DNA of 64,000 nt from an uncultured Verrucomicrobiae bacterium (GTDB lineage Bacteria > Verrucomicrobiota > Verrucomicrobiia > Chthoniobacterales > Chthoniobacteraceae): the NCBI GenBank assembly GCA_963769025.1, contig CAVYKI010000006.1, forward strand, positions 64,001 through 128,000. Reading direction: 5' to 3'. The translations under genes and the position numbers were made by a program. Position 1 is the first letter of the stretch. Every line of letters begins with the position of its first letter. Positions 1 through 11,262 of this stretch are shown here, piece after piece. The notes beneath the pieces were generated by a model. It was not told where the DNA came from. It worked only from the letters and a program-made list of their open reading frames with translations, and did no database searches.

Positions 1-1915
1 GATGGCGCGCGTGGTGAGCGGATTGTCCGCGCTCGCCACCCAATCGGCGAATGCCTTCCGACGGCCCTCGATCGAACCCGGGACGGGGAACGCGGGACGC
101 GGAGTGATCGCAGTCGAGCACGCTGAGCGTGCCGGGTTCCACCTTCGCGCCCTGCGCGAATGGATCGCCGCCGGTGAGGATGTAGCGTCTCCTCGAGTTC
201 GCCCGTCGGTCATGCGGTTCTGCGGGCATCCGCACCGGCGCAGTGACGCGACTTCACGTCCGGCGTGCGGCCGTCATAGACGGCGAGCGCGAACGGCTCG
301 TAGCGCTCCAGCTCCCACCTGAGCCGTTCGAGTCCTTTGCGTGCGATGCGTTCGTTGCCGAAGTCCTCGGGGTGCGAAGCCGACGAGCTTTGGCGGAAAC
401 TGATCCTCGGGGACACCGAGCTTCTTCATCGCCGCGCGGGCGGACGTCGAAGACACCGCCAAAGGCGCGCCGCTTGCCGCCGGGTTCCTGCGGGCGCGCC
501 TGCGCGATGGCCGCGTTCCACTTCGCCGGGTCGAGGCCCTTCTCCGCAAACCACTTTTCGGCGTTTCCCACGAGCTTCTCGTCGAGGCGTTGCAGCGTCG
601 CGAGGTATTCCGCGCGGCGTGCATCGAGGTAGGCTTTCTCCTCGAAGCCGGTGACATTTTCCTCCGGCAGAAAAGGCGCGGCCCGCTCGCTGAGCTGCGT
701 CGTGGCGAAGACGGCCTGCACCGAGTAGTAGTCGCGCGTCGGGATGGGATCGAACTTGTGGTCGTGGCAGCGCGCGCACTGCAGCGAGTGCGCGAGGAAG
801 GTCTCGCCGACGCTGTTCGTCACGTCGTCGAGGAAACGCTGCCGCGCGACCTTCGCCACTTCCATGCCGGTGAGTTCCCACGGCCCCATGCGGAGGAAGC
901 CGGTGGCGATCGAGGAGTCTGAGAGCTGGGAGTTCGCGGGTTGCGAGGCTTCAGCAAGTTCGTCGCCGGCGATCTGTTCGCGGACGAACTGGTCGTAGGG
1001 TTTGTCGGCGTTGAACGAACGCACCACGTAATCGCGGTAGCGCCACGCGTTGCCGCGCTCGTAGTCGTTCGCGAAACCGCTCGTGTCCGCGTAGCGCACC
1101 ACGTCGAGCCAGTGCTGCGCCATGCGCTCGCCGTAGTGCGGCGACGCCAGCAGTCGCTCGACGACCTTTGCAAATGCCTCCGCGTCGGGTCGCGAATCCT
1201 TCACGAAGGCATCTACCTCCTCCGGCGTCGGAGGCAGTCCGATGAGATCGAAAGTCGCACGGCGGATGAGCGTCACGCGATCCGCCGCGGGCGCGGGCTG
1301 GAGACCGGCGGACATCCTGGCGGCGATGAAGGCGTCGATGGGATTCCCGATTTCGGATTTTTGATTTTTGATTTCCGGCACCGCAGGCTTCCGCACGGGC
1401 TGATACGCCCAGAGCCCCTCCGGCTTGTATTTGCGGTTCGTCCACTCCGGCGAAAGCCCGCCGCTCGTCTTCACCGGGATGCCGTCCTCCGCCGACCACT
1501 TCTCCGCGTTCGCCTTCGCGATGGCCTGCATGCGCGCTTCGTCCGGCCACGGTGCACCGCCGGCGATCCACTCTTTGATCCAGCCGACCTGCTCCGCGTA
1601 GAGCTTGTCCGCTTCCTTCGGCGGCATCGGCTCCCAGTCGTCGTGCTTTCGCGTGACAGCGAGATAGAGCGGGCTTTCCTCCGGCTTTCCCGCGACCAGC
1701 GCGGGCTTTTCGCTGTCGCCGCCTTTGAGCACGGATGCGCGTGTGCGCATGTCGAGCCCGCCTTTGATCTTCGCCTCGTCCTTGCCGTGGCATGCGAGGC
1801 ATTTCTCATGAAACAGCGGCGCGATGCGGCGGACGAAGAGCGCCTCCGCGTCATCGGCAAGGACGAAGTGCGGCAGGACGATCACAAGCGCGCAGAGGAA
1901 TGGGGCGGGTCTCAT
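1..1915 (-). CDS. PSCyt1/DUF1549(/DUF1553) planctomycete cytochrome c domain protein; 3' end runs off the window; frameshift near 250-440
   Basis: Signal peptide MRPAPFLCALV; CxxCH motifs CLACH and CARCHDHK; DUF1549 motifs LIRRATFDLIGLPPTPEE and YGERMAQHWLDVVRYADT. Confidence 0.9.
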
Positions 1916-2090
1916 GGGGACTGTCAGAATGCCAACTACATTACGGCAGACTGTCCGGCTTGCAGGTTGTAAAAATCTCGTTCGCGCAAAGGCGCTGAGA
2001 GGCAAGGGAGCAGCGTCGGGTCGGGGGATGGCGCACGCCGGAAAGGCAGGACGCTTCTGCCACATTGTCCCGCCGCAGTCGCGCTGCGGG

Positions 2091-3860
2091 TCACTTCACC
2101 AGGGTCAGCAGGATCAGCCGGACGTCCATCACCGACTTGCCGGGGACGCTGAGCGCCTTGAGCGTGAGCAGGCCGCGGCCGGGTTTGAGCGCGAGCGTGC
2201 CGAGCGGGAGCGGCTTGAAGTCCTTCACGTAGGACTCGGACGCGCGCGGCGCGCGGTCATTGTCCTTGCCGCGCAATGCAGGATCGTGCGGCACGCTCAC
2301 GACCGCTTCGGTGCGGTCGCCGTTGAAGCTCAGCTCGACTTTCGATCCCACATCCGCCGCGGGGCACGTGTAATAGACGACGGCCTCGTATTTGCCCGCA
2401 GTCGCGACCTCGATGTCCCAGGTGATGCTTTCGTCGGCGCTCGTCCAATTCGTGAAGAACGAGCAGTTCGGCGCCTTAGCGCTGCGTTTCACGCCGCCGT
2501 GCGGGATGCCGTCGCGCGCGGGGAGTTGCGTGATGGGAAACTCCGGATAGCCGACGGTGAACGGCTTCCGCTCGTTTTTTCTCAGTCCGGGGAGCACGTC
2601 GTCCCTGTATTTCGCGGCGGCCTTCGCGAGTCGCGCGGCCACTTCGGGGTGCTCCTTGGCGACATCGTGATCCTGCACGGGGTCGGCGACCATGTCGAAA
2701 AGCTGCCCGGCGTTATCGAGCCGGTACTGCTGCGTGCGGACGCTGACTTTCCCCGCCCAGTGGGAGAAAATCATTCGATCCATCCATTCAACCTTCGGCG
2801 AACCCGTGAGCAGCGGCTTGAGCGACAATCCGTCGAGGGGTTTTTCGGATGTGACCTTGATGCCGCAGAGATCCGCGAGCGTGGGAAGCAGGTCCACCGC
2901 GCCGGCGATTTGTGTCACCCGTTTGCCCGCGGCGATCTTCCCCGGCCAGCGGATGACGAAGGGCGAACGCACGCCGCCCTCGTCGGTCGCACCTTTCTTG
3001 CCCTTCATGTCGCCATTCCAGCGCCACGTGTTCGGCCCGTTGTCGCTGAAGTAGATCACGATGGTGTCCTCTGCGAGTTTCAGTTCGTCGAGCCGGCGCA
3101 GGATGCGGCCCACGTTCCAGTCGATATTCGCCGTCATCGCCAGCGAGGCGCGCGTGTCCACGATGTCTTCCTGCTGCGGATTGCGCGCGCGCATTTTCAG
3201 GTCCGCATTTGCGAGCGGCGCAAAAAATTCATCCGGCACCTGCGCAGGCCAGTGAGGCGTGTGGTAGGGTACGTAGCAGAAGAACGGTCGCTCCTTGTTG
3301 TCGCCGATGAACTTCAGCGCGTGGTCCGTGAGATCATTCGTGAGGAAGCCCTTGCTCGTGACGAGCCGTCCGTTGTGCTCCACCGGCGCGTCGAAGTAGT
3401 CGCCCCAGTGCCCCGAGCAGAAGCCGTAGTATTCGCCGAAGCCGCGCCCGCGCGGGTGATACGGATACTGCATCCCGTTGTGCCATTTCCCGAACGCCGC
3501 CGTCGCGTAGCCCGCCGCGGTGAAAGTGTCCGCGATCGTCTTTTCCGTGAGGCTCATCCGCTCGCCACCCTCGGAGGTGCTCCAGACGCCGCTGCGCGGA
3601 TGCCAGCGCCCGGTGAGGAACTCCGCACGCGTCGGCGAGCACACGGGGCACACGAAAAACCGCTCCAGCACCGCGCCCTTCGTCGCGAGCGAATCGATGT
3701 TCGGCGTCGAGATGTTCGTGTTGCCATTGAAGCTCAGATCGCCCCAGCCCTGATCGTCGGCGAGAATGACGACGACATTCGGGCGTGTGTCATCGGCGGC
3801 CATGGCGGCAGATGCGATGAGGAAAAAAAGCAGCGCGAGGCGGGGGAGCAGTGAGTTCAT
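2091..3860 (-). CDS. Arylsulfatase (formylglycine-dependent) with C-terminal beta domain
   Basis: PNVVVILADDQG, CSPTRAEFLTGR (CxPxR), GKWH, FSDNG; signal peptide. Confidence 0.93.
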   Translation of the reverse strand: MNSLLPRLALLFFLIASAAMAADDTRPNVVVILADDQGWGDLSFNGNTNISTPNIDSLATKGAVLERFFVCPVCSPTRAEFLTGRWHPRSGVWSTSEGGERMSLTEKTIADTFTAAGYATAAFGKWHNGMQYPYHPRGRGFGEYYGFCSGHWGDYFDAPVEHNGRLVTSKGFLTNDLTDHALKFIGDNKERPFFCYVPYHTPHWPAQVPDEFFAPLANADLKMRARNPQQEDIVDTRASLAMTANIDWNVGRILRRLDELKLAEDTIVIYFSDNGPNTWRWNGDMKGKKGATDEGGVRSPFVIRWPGKIAAGKRVTQIAGAVDLLPTLADLCGIKVTSEKPLDGLSLKPLLTGSPKVEWMDRMIFSHWAGKVSVRTQQYRLDNAGQLFDMVADPVQDHDVAKEHPEVAARLAKAAAKYRDDVLPGLRKNERKPFTVGYPEFPITQLPARDGIPHGGVKRSAKAPNCSFFTNWTSADESITWDIEVATAGKYEAVVYYTCPAADVGSKVELSFNGDRTEAVVSVPHDPALRGKDNDRAPRASESYVKDFKPLPLGTLALKPGRGLLTLKALSVPGKSVMDVRLILLTLVK

Positions 3861-4039
3861 GCGGGGGGTGGCAAGCAAAGCATGTCTGTTCGACTGCGAA
3901 CAAGCTTTGCCGCGCGGTCCCGCGGCATTTCACAGCGGGCTACGCTGCGCGAGAGTCATCCTCTTCGTCTTCGATCCGAACCATGGCTGTAGGCGTTCCT
4001 TCGCGGAATGCAAAGGGGGTGACTGGGTATTTCGCCCGG

Positions 4040-5698
4040 CTATTTTCCGTCAGGATAGAAAATCACCTCCTTCACGTTCTCGTCGGCGACGTGGTTTCCG
4101 GAAATGATGTTCGACTTGTTCCGGCCACGGACGCGAAACGCGGTGGTAACGGAGTCTGTCACCGAGTTGTCGCTGGCGAGGATTTCCGCATCCTCCGCGG
4201 AGAGGGCATGACGCCAGCCGCTCACGGTGTTCCCGGTCATTTCCACGTGCGCTCCCGGGAGTGCCCAGACGCCGAAGTTCGGCGGGCCTCCTTTGCTAAG
4301 CTTGACGCCTTCAATCCGGTTGCCGATGACGCGAATCGTCCCGGCCACGCGGATCGCCGCGACACCGCCACCCCGGAGGGTGTTGTTCGTAAAGAGCGCG
4401 GTCGCCCCCTCGAACACCATCACGAGCGGTGGCATGTCCTTGGCGCGGGCAATTTGGTTGCCGCTCAGCGTGACCGTCCATCCTGAATTGATGCCGACGG
4501 CGACGGCGAAGTTTTCGAGAATGCGGTTGTCGCTCAGCACGGCGGTGTTTTTTCCACTGCCGGAAAAGCCGATGCCCGCTGCCTTATTCGCATGGCAATG
4601 GTTGCCGGTGACCTGCGTGTCGCTGCCGGTCGCGAGGCCGATGCCCGCCTCCCCGTTCTCAAAGCACTCGTTGCCCAGGATCGAGGGACGCGCCTGGTCG
4701 CGGGCACCGATCCCGGCGAGCACGTTGCGAAAGCAGCGGTTGTTGCTAATCACCGGCTCGGCCTTTTCTTCCACGCCAATGCCCGCCATGCCGTTGTCGT
4801 GGCACTCGTTTCGCTCGATGATGGGGCGCGTGTTGGCAGCGGTGCGGATGCCAATGCCCGCGCGGCGGTTTCCGTAGCAGACATTGTTGCGCACCGTCGG
4901 GCACGCCCCCTCGCTCACGCCGATCCCTGCGCGGATGTTGCCGTGACAGCGGTTGAACTCGACGAGGGGACTCGCGTTCTCATGGCCGATGCCGGCGTAG
5001 AAATTCTCGAAACAGGTGTTGCCCCGGATGACGGCCGTGGAGCCGCTCATCGAGCCGATGCCTCCGCCCATATTGCGGTAGCAGATGTTCCCGAGGATCA
5101 GCGGCGCGCACCTGCGGCCATCCACGCCGGCGATGGCAATGCCTGTGTAGCCGGAGTGGCGGACAATGTTGTGCCGCACCACACAGTTCACGCCGCGGAT
5201 GCTCACGCCGGCCACGCCAGGCGCGCCGATGTGCTCATGCGCCTGCTCGTTCCCCCGGGTCTCGAAATGCCTCTTCCACTCGGCGTCGTCATAGCGGCCT
5301 GCGTTGGCAACGGTGAATCCGTCGAGCACCGCACCCTCCGCCATGTCGACGCCCGGATGTGCGTCCTGCGTGCCGCCACCATCGATCACCGTCGCCTCGG
5401 CGCGTTTCAGTCCGAGTGTCCCCTGGGAATCGTCGCCGGCGCTCCGAAGCGTCACCTTCTCCTTGAGCCGCACACGTTCGGGATAGGTGCCCGGATCGAC
5501 GACCACGGTGTCACCGGGATGCGCCGCATCCACGGCGGTCTGAATCGTTCGAAAATCCGCGGGGACGCGCAACGTGGCTGCCTGCAATGGGCACGCACCG
5601 ACGATGAGTGATGGCACCGCGAGTAACGGCCAGCGGCGAAGCCAGCCCATTTTTCCGAGTCGTGATGAGATTCGGGGCACCGGGGTGAGGTCGTTCAT
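4040..5698 (-). CDS. Secreted right-handed parallel beta-helix repeat protein (NosD/pectin-lyase-like fold)
   Basis: VPADFRTIQTAVDAA...GTYPE start motif; many ~23-aa repeats AGIG..A.P.I..N.C..N; start codon uncertain. Confidence 0.8.
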   Translation of the reverse strand: MNDLTPVPRISSRLGKMGWLRRWPLLAVPSLIVGACPLQAATLRVPADFRTIQTAVDAAHPGDTVVVDPGTYPERVRLKEKVTLRSAGDDSQGTLGLKRAEATVIDGGGTQDAHPGVDMAEGAVLDGFTVANAGRYDDAEWKRHFETRGNEQAHEHIGAPGVAGVSIRGVNCVVRHNIVRHSGYTGIAIAGVDGRRCAPLILGNICYRNMGGGIGSMSGSTAVIRGNTCFENFYAGIGHENASPLVEFNRCHGNIRAGIGVSEGACPTVRNNVCYGNRRAGIGIRTAANTRPIIERNECHDNGMAGIGVEEKAEPVISNNRCFRNVLAGIGARDQARPSILGNECFENGEAGIGLATGSDTQVTGNHCHANKAAGIGFSGSGKNTAVLSDNRILENFAVAVGINSGWTVTLSGNQIARAKDMPPLVMVFEGATALFTNNTLRGGGVAAIRVAGTIRVIGNRIEGVKLSKGGPPNFGVWALPGAHVEMTGNTVSGWRHALSAEDAEILASDNSVTDSVTTAFRVRGRNKSNIISGNHVADENVKEVIFYPDGK

Positions 5699-5958
5699 GC
5701 CAGAGCCACCCGACCAATTTTGAATCGTTAGCACGGAACCGCGAAGCAGCCAATAAAACGGCGAAACTCTGCTCAAAAGGCGCGGCTGAATTCCCCTGTT
5801 GTCGGGTAACCGCTTCCCGGGAAGCACCGCGCTTCCGCCTGAGCCTCAGCGAGGGGCGTCGCGCAGCTGCGCTCTGTGTTCGTTTGCTGGCGACCAAGCC
5901 GCGCGTACGGCTCCGTTTAAGCCAGCCTGGCGCGGTAAGATTGCAGGCGGCAGCGAGG

Positions 5959-6415
5959 CTACTTTGCCTTCTTCGGCTCTTCCCGCGCGCATTTGCAGAG
6001 CCACTCCTCGCTTCTTGCAGCTCCCGCAGACCTTCGTGTCGTATTGCAATCGGGCGGTGACGGCCTTGGCCTTCGCGTTGTCCTTGAATTGCACGATCAG
6101 CCACTCGCCGGCCTTCACGATGGGGACGACGAAATGACCGCCGTCTTTTTCCACGGCGAGCTTCTCGGGCTTTGTGCCGGTCGCCGGCCGGTGGCGGTGA
6201 GCATCTGTTCGCCGAGCGCGACGGGCTTCATGTCCTTGTCGAGCAGCGGCGATGTGGAACTTGCCGCCCTTGACGGTGACTTCGCCGTGCATGGTTTCGT
6301 TCTTGGAGAACTCGAGGATGCGTCCGCCGTTCGGGCCGACTTCGACTTCGCCGTGCGCGAAGGCTGCGGCGGTGAGGGCGAGGCTGCCGAGCAGCGCGAG
6401 GATGTGTTTTTTCAT
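5959..6415 (-). CDS. Small exported putative metal-binding protein at the end of the RND operon (frameshifted)
   Basis: Signal peptide then HGEVEVGPNGGRILE; C-terminal CGSCK..WLCKC ending at TAG 5959-5961. Confidence 0.7.
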
Positions 6416-6504
6416 GTTGGTTTGTTTGTGTGTGTTTGCTTTGCGGTCCGGGTGAAGGTGACCGCGCCGTGGCGTCCAGACCGCCGCCGCGGCGCGGAGA
6501 GTTG

Positions 6505-9500
6505 TCAGTGTGAGGCGGGCGCTTCGTTCGTCGATGGCCCGCCGCGCGGCCTTGCGGCCGAAGGTGTAGAAGACCGTCGGGCGTGACGCCGAGGCCGAGC
6601 AGCGTGCTGGTGATGAGTCCGCCGACGATGACGACGGCGACGGGATGCAGGATTTCCTTGCCCGGCTGATCGGCGGCGAGGACGAGCGGGATGAGGCCGA
6701 TGCCGGCGGCGAGCGCGGTCATGAGCACGGGGACGAGCCGTTCCTTCGTGCCGCGGATGACCATCGCCTTGGTGAAGCCTTCGCCCTCGTGCTGCATGAG
6801 GTGCAGGTAGTGGCGAGATCAGCATGATGCTGTTGCGCGCCGCGACGCCCGCCGACGGCGATGAAGCCGACGAGCGTGGCGATGCTGATGTTGTTCAGCT
6901 TGAACTAGGTGAAGACGAGCCCGCCGACGAGCGCGAGCGGGATGTCGCAGAGCACCTGGAAGGCGAAGAACGGCGTGCGGAAATAGCCGTAGAGCAGGAA
7001 GGCGATGACGACGAAGACGACCGCGCTGAGAGATGGCGATGCGCTGCGAGGCTTCGCTTCTGCGCCTGGAATTCGCCCTCGTAGCGTGATGAAGTAGCCC
7101 TCGGGCAGCTTCACCTTCTCGCGCGACTTCGCTTTTGCAGCTCGCACGACGAGCGTGCTCGACATCGCGCACCGTCGGCTTGATGGCGATGGCGAAGCGG
7201 CGCTGGCTGTTTTCGCGGAAGATGACGTTCGGTCCCTTCGCCTCGCGCACGTCGGCGACGAGCGAGAGCGGGATGCGCTGCAGGCCGCCTTCGCTGTCGT
7301 GACCTCGATGGGCAGCTCGGCGAGTTTCTCCGGCGATCTCGCGCCACTCCAGCGGGCAGGCGGATGACGAGATCGACGGTCGCGCTGGCCTTCGCGCAGC
7401 TCGGCGACGTTCTCGCCGCCGAGCAGCGTGGAGAGCTGTTCGTTGAGCTTGCCCGGCGTGATGCCGTAGGCGGCGCGCGCGGTCGCGGTCCGCCTCGATG
7501 CGGAGCTGCGGGATGACGGATTGCTGATCGAGCTTGGCGTCCTCGAAGCCGGGGATGCGTTTTCGCGACGCGCCTGCACCTCGATGCCGAGCTGCCGCAG
7601 CTTGTCGAGGTCGGGGCCGAAGATCTTGACCGCCACCGGCGCGGAGACGCCGCTGAGCATGTGGCCGATGCGGTCGGCGAGCGGCCCCATCACCACGCTG
7701 AAGGTGCCGGGCACGCTCTGCACTTTCTTGCGCACGTCGGCGAGGATCTCCGCGCGGCTGCGCTGCGGGCTCGCTCTTTTCGGTCGCGGAAATCCACGTC
7801 GAACTCCGCGGTGCGACACCGGCACGACATGGTCGCCGCGCTCGGCGCGCCCGAGACGGCGGCCCGACCTTTCGCACTTCGGGGACGCTGAGGAGCTGCT
7901 GCTCGATGCACGTCGGAGATCTTGTTCATCTCCTCGAGCGAAGTGCCCGGCGCGGCGGTGGTGGCGACGAGCGCGGTCTCCTCCCGGAACGCGGGCAGGA
8001 AGTCCTTGCCCATCTGCGGATAGAGCGAGGAACGCGGCGACGACCATCATGCCGACGACGCCGAGCAGCAGGAACGGCTGCGAAAGCCCGAAGCGCAGCA
8101 GCGTGTGTTCGAGCAGCCACTTCATGCCGCGCGTGACGAAGCCGTCCTTGTGCGCGTCGCCTTCCTTCGGCCGGAGCAGGAACGAGCAGAGCACCGGGAA
8201 TGACCGTGAGCGAGACGACGAACGACGCGATCATCGAGACGATGGTGGCGATGGCGATGGGCGCGAAGAGCCGGCCCTCCACGCCGCTCAGGCCCGAGCA
8301 GCGGCAGGAAGACGAGGATGATGAGCAGCGTGGCGTAGAGGATGGAATTCCGCACTTCGCCGGAGGCGCGCGCGATGACTTCGAGCCGCGGCTGCGGCTG
8401 CGGCAGCGCGGCGTTTTCGCGCAGGCGGCGGAAGACATTTTCCACGTCCACGATGGCGTCATCCACGACCATGCCGATGGCGACGGCGAGGCCGCCGAGC
8501 GTCATCGAGTTCACGGAGATGCCGAACCATTTGAAGACGAGCATCGTGATGGCGAAGGACAGCGGCATCGCCATGAGCGTGATGAACGTGGTGCGGAAAT
8601 TCAGCAGGAAGAGGAAGATGACGATCGTCACCATGATCGCGCCGTCGCGGATGGCTTCCTTGAGGTTGCCGATGGCGTGCTCGATGAAGTCGCCCTGGCG
8701 GAAAAGCAGCATCGGTCTCGACGCCCGCGGGCAGCGTCGGCTTGCAGCTCGGCGAGCGCCTTCTCGATCTTCGCCGTGAGCGCGCGCGTGTCGAAGCCGG
8801 GCGCTTTCGTGATGCTCATGCACCACGCCGGCGCTTCGCCGTTCACGCTGCGCGTCGCCGCGCATCGGCTCGACGCCCCACTCGACGCTGCGCCACGTCG
8901 CCGATGCGGATGCGGGCGGTCGCCGACCTTCTTGACGACGGTGCTGCGCGATGTCGTCGAGCTGCACGGTCATGGCGAGATTGCGCACCATGATTTCCGT
9001 CGGTGCCGGTGTTGATGAAGCCGCCGGTCGAGTTGCTCGCCGCCTCCTTCGCGGCGGTTTCGAGTTCGTCGAAGCGTGACCTCGTGCGCCGGCCATGCGG
9101 TACGGGTCGGGCTGGACCTGCGATCTGCTTGACGCCGCCGCCCATGTTCAGGACTTCGGCGATGCCGGGGATGCTTTGCAGGCGCGGGCGGATCGTCCAG
9201 TCCGCGAGCGTGCGCACGTCGCGCGGCAGCGATCTTGCCGTCGCGGCTGCGCACGCCGACGAGCAGGATTTCGCCCATGAGCGAGGCGACCGGCGTCAGG
9301 AACGGCTGCACGCCCGTCGGGCAGCGTGCTCGCGCACGCCCTGCAGCCGCTCCTGCACGAGCTGCCGCGCCTTGTAGATGTCCGTGCCCCAGCCGAACTC
9401 CGCATAGACGAGCGAGAGCGACACGTCGGAATTCGAGCGCAGCCGCGTCAGCCCGGCGACGCCCATGCAGCGCGCTCTCGATGCGGCTGCGTGACGCGCG

Positions 9501-9689
9501 TCTCCACCTCCTCCGGCGCGAGGCCCGGCGCTTCGGTGAGGATGATGACGGTCGGCTTCGTGAGATCCGGCAGCACCTCGACCGGCAGTTGCATCGTCGT
9601 CTGCACGCCCGATGACCATGAGCAGCAGCGCCAGCGCGAGGACGATCGCGCGGTTGTGCAGCGACGAGGCGGATGAGCTTGTTCAGCAT
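6505..9689 (-). CDS. CusA/CzcA-family heavy-metal RND efflux permease (multiple indels)
   Basis: MLNKLI start; [61 protein letters not shown]. Confidence 0.92.
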
Positions 9690-9692
9690 GGC

Positions 9693-10874
9693 CTAGTGCG
9701 ATTCCGCTTTCGGGGCCGCGTGCTCGGCGCGTCGTCCGCCTTCGGCTTGCGCAGCATCGCCACGACGAGCAGCACGAGCAGCAGGCCGTTCGAGGCGAGC
9801 GAGAAAGATCGTGAGCGTCGAGAGCCGTGCCGCCGTGTGCGTGGCCGTCGCCGCCGCTGCCGCGCGGCGCGCCCGCTCTTCTGTCCGGCGGTCATCTCGC
9901 AGCCGTCCTCGTTGTGCTCGTGGCCGTGCGCGGCATCGAGCGCCTCCTTCAGCGACACGCTGCCCTTGCCGGCAAAGCCGAGCGAGTAGGCGCCGCGTCG
10001 TCACCACTTCATCGCCCGGCGAGGAGGCCGCCGGTGATTTCCACGAAGCGGTCGTTCATCGCGCCGACCTGCACCGGCATGCTCACGAAGGTGTGCTTGA
10101 GCGAGTCGTCGTAGTGCTTGACGATAGACGAAGCGGTTGGCCGCGTCGCCTTGCAGCGCGACGCGCGGGACGCTCATCACGCCCTCGCGTTTGCCGAGCA
10201 CGATGGAAAACTCCGCGCGCATGTCCGGGCGCAGCACGCAGCCTCGGGATTCTCGACGTGAAAGGCGGCCTCGAGCGTGCCGCTCTTCGCATCCGCCTCC
10301 GCGCCGAGATGCGCGAGCGTCGCCTCGAAGGTTCGTCCCGGCACCGCCGTCACGCGGATGTGCGCGGTCTGCCCGGCGCGCAGTCTTGCCGACGAGGTGC
10401 TCGGGCACCGCGGCGACGGCGTGGACCTCGGCGAGATCGATGATTTCGACCAGCGAATCGTCCGGCGTCACCGGCTGTCCGGGCACGACGTTGACCGCCG
10501 AGACCATGCCGCTGATCGGCGCGGTGAGCCGGATGGACGGCGGCGGATCGCCGGGCTGCCGGCTCTCGATCACGGCCACCTCCGCGCCTTTCTCGATCGC
10601 GCGTGTCGATGTGCGCGCTCACGCTCAGCACGCGCCCCGGCACGCGGCTGCTGACCACCGCGCGATGGCCCGGCGCCACGCGGATGCGGCCGAGCGCGAA
10701 GACCGTTTCCTCGAAGTCGGTCTCCTCGGCTTCGACCGTTTCGATGCTTGAGATTCTTCACGCCGGTCTCGTCGAGGATGACGGTGTTGGCGGCTTCCTC
10801 GGGCGAAATCGGCGGCGCGCAGAGGCGCGAATGCGCAGCAGCGCGGCGGAGAGGATGGTGAGTTTTCTGATCAT
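9693..10874 (-). CDS. RND periplasmic adaptor (MFP) with His-rich, hydrophobic C-terminal tail (multiple indels)
   Basis: [29 protein letters not shown]; tail HGHEHNEDG...[11 protein letters not shown]; directly upstream of the RND permease. Confidence 0.85.
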
Positions 10875-10904
10875 GGATGGAGGTCGAGAGTGGGATTCAA
10901 AGGT

Positions 10905-11254
10905 TCACGCCAGCGGTTTTCAGCAGGCGCATGGTGAGAAAGTAGAGCGCGACGGTGAGCGCCAGGCCCGCGCGCGAGCGCGGGCCAGAACGCCACGCCT
11001 CGCCGCAGCAGCCACGGCACTGCGAGGAACATCGGCAGCGTCGGCAGGACGAACAAGAAGGTGCCGGTCATGTGCCGTCCGATGAGTGCGGTGTCGCGCG
11101 TCCCCGCGTAGAGCCAGATGAGCGCGAGCAGCGAGACGAGCGGGAGCGAGTGGACGATGCTCGCGGCGGTGTTGTTGCGTTTCGCCAGTTCCGAGACGGC
11201 GACGATGATGCCGCCGCTGACGATACCCTTGGCAATGAGGAGTGCGGTGTTCAT
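10905..11254 (-). CDS. DUF3147-like small membrane protein
   Basis: IAKGIVSGGIIVAVSELAKR..ASIVHSLPLVSLLALIWLY; four hydrophobic segments; one indel near the 3' end. Confidence 0.8.
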
Positions 11255-11262
11255 GGCGTCGT

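Noticed and set aside
1824..3854. 676-aa plus-strand ORF (likewise 11242-12675, 27394-28953, 28739-31039 and others)
   Set aside because: Antisense shadows of well-supported genes in high-GC DNA; Arg-rich with no motifs.
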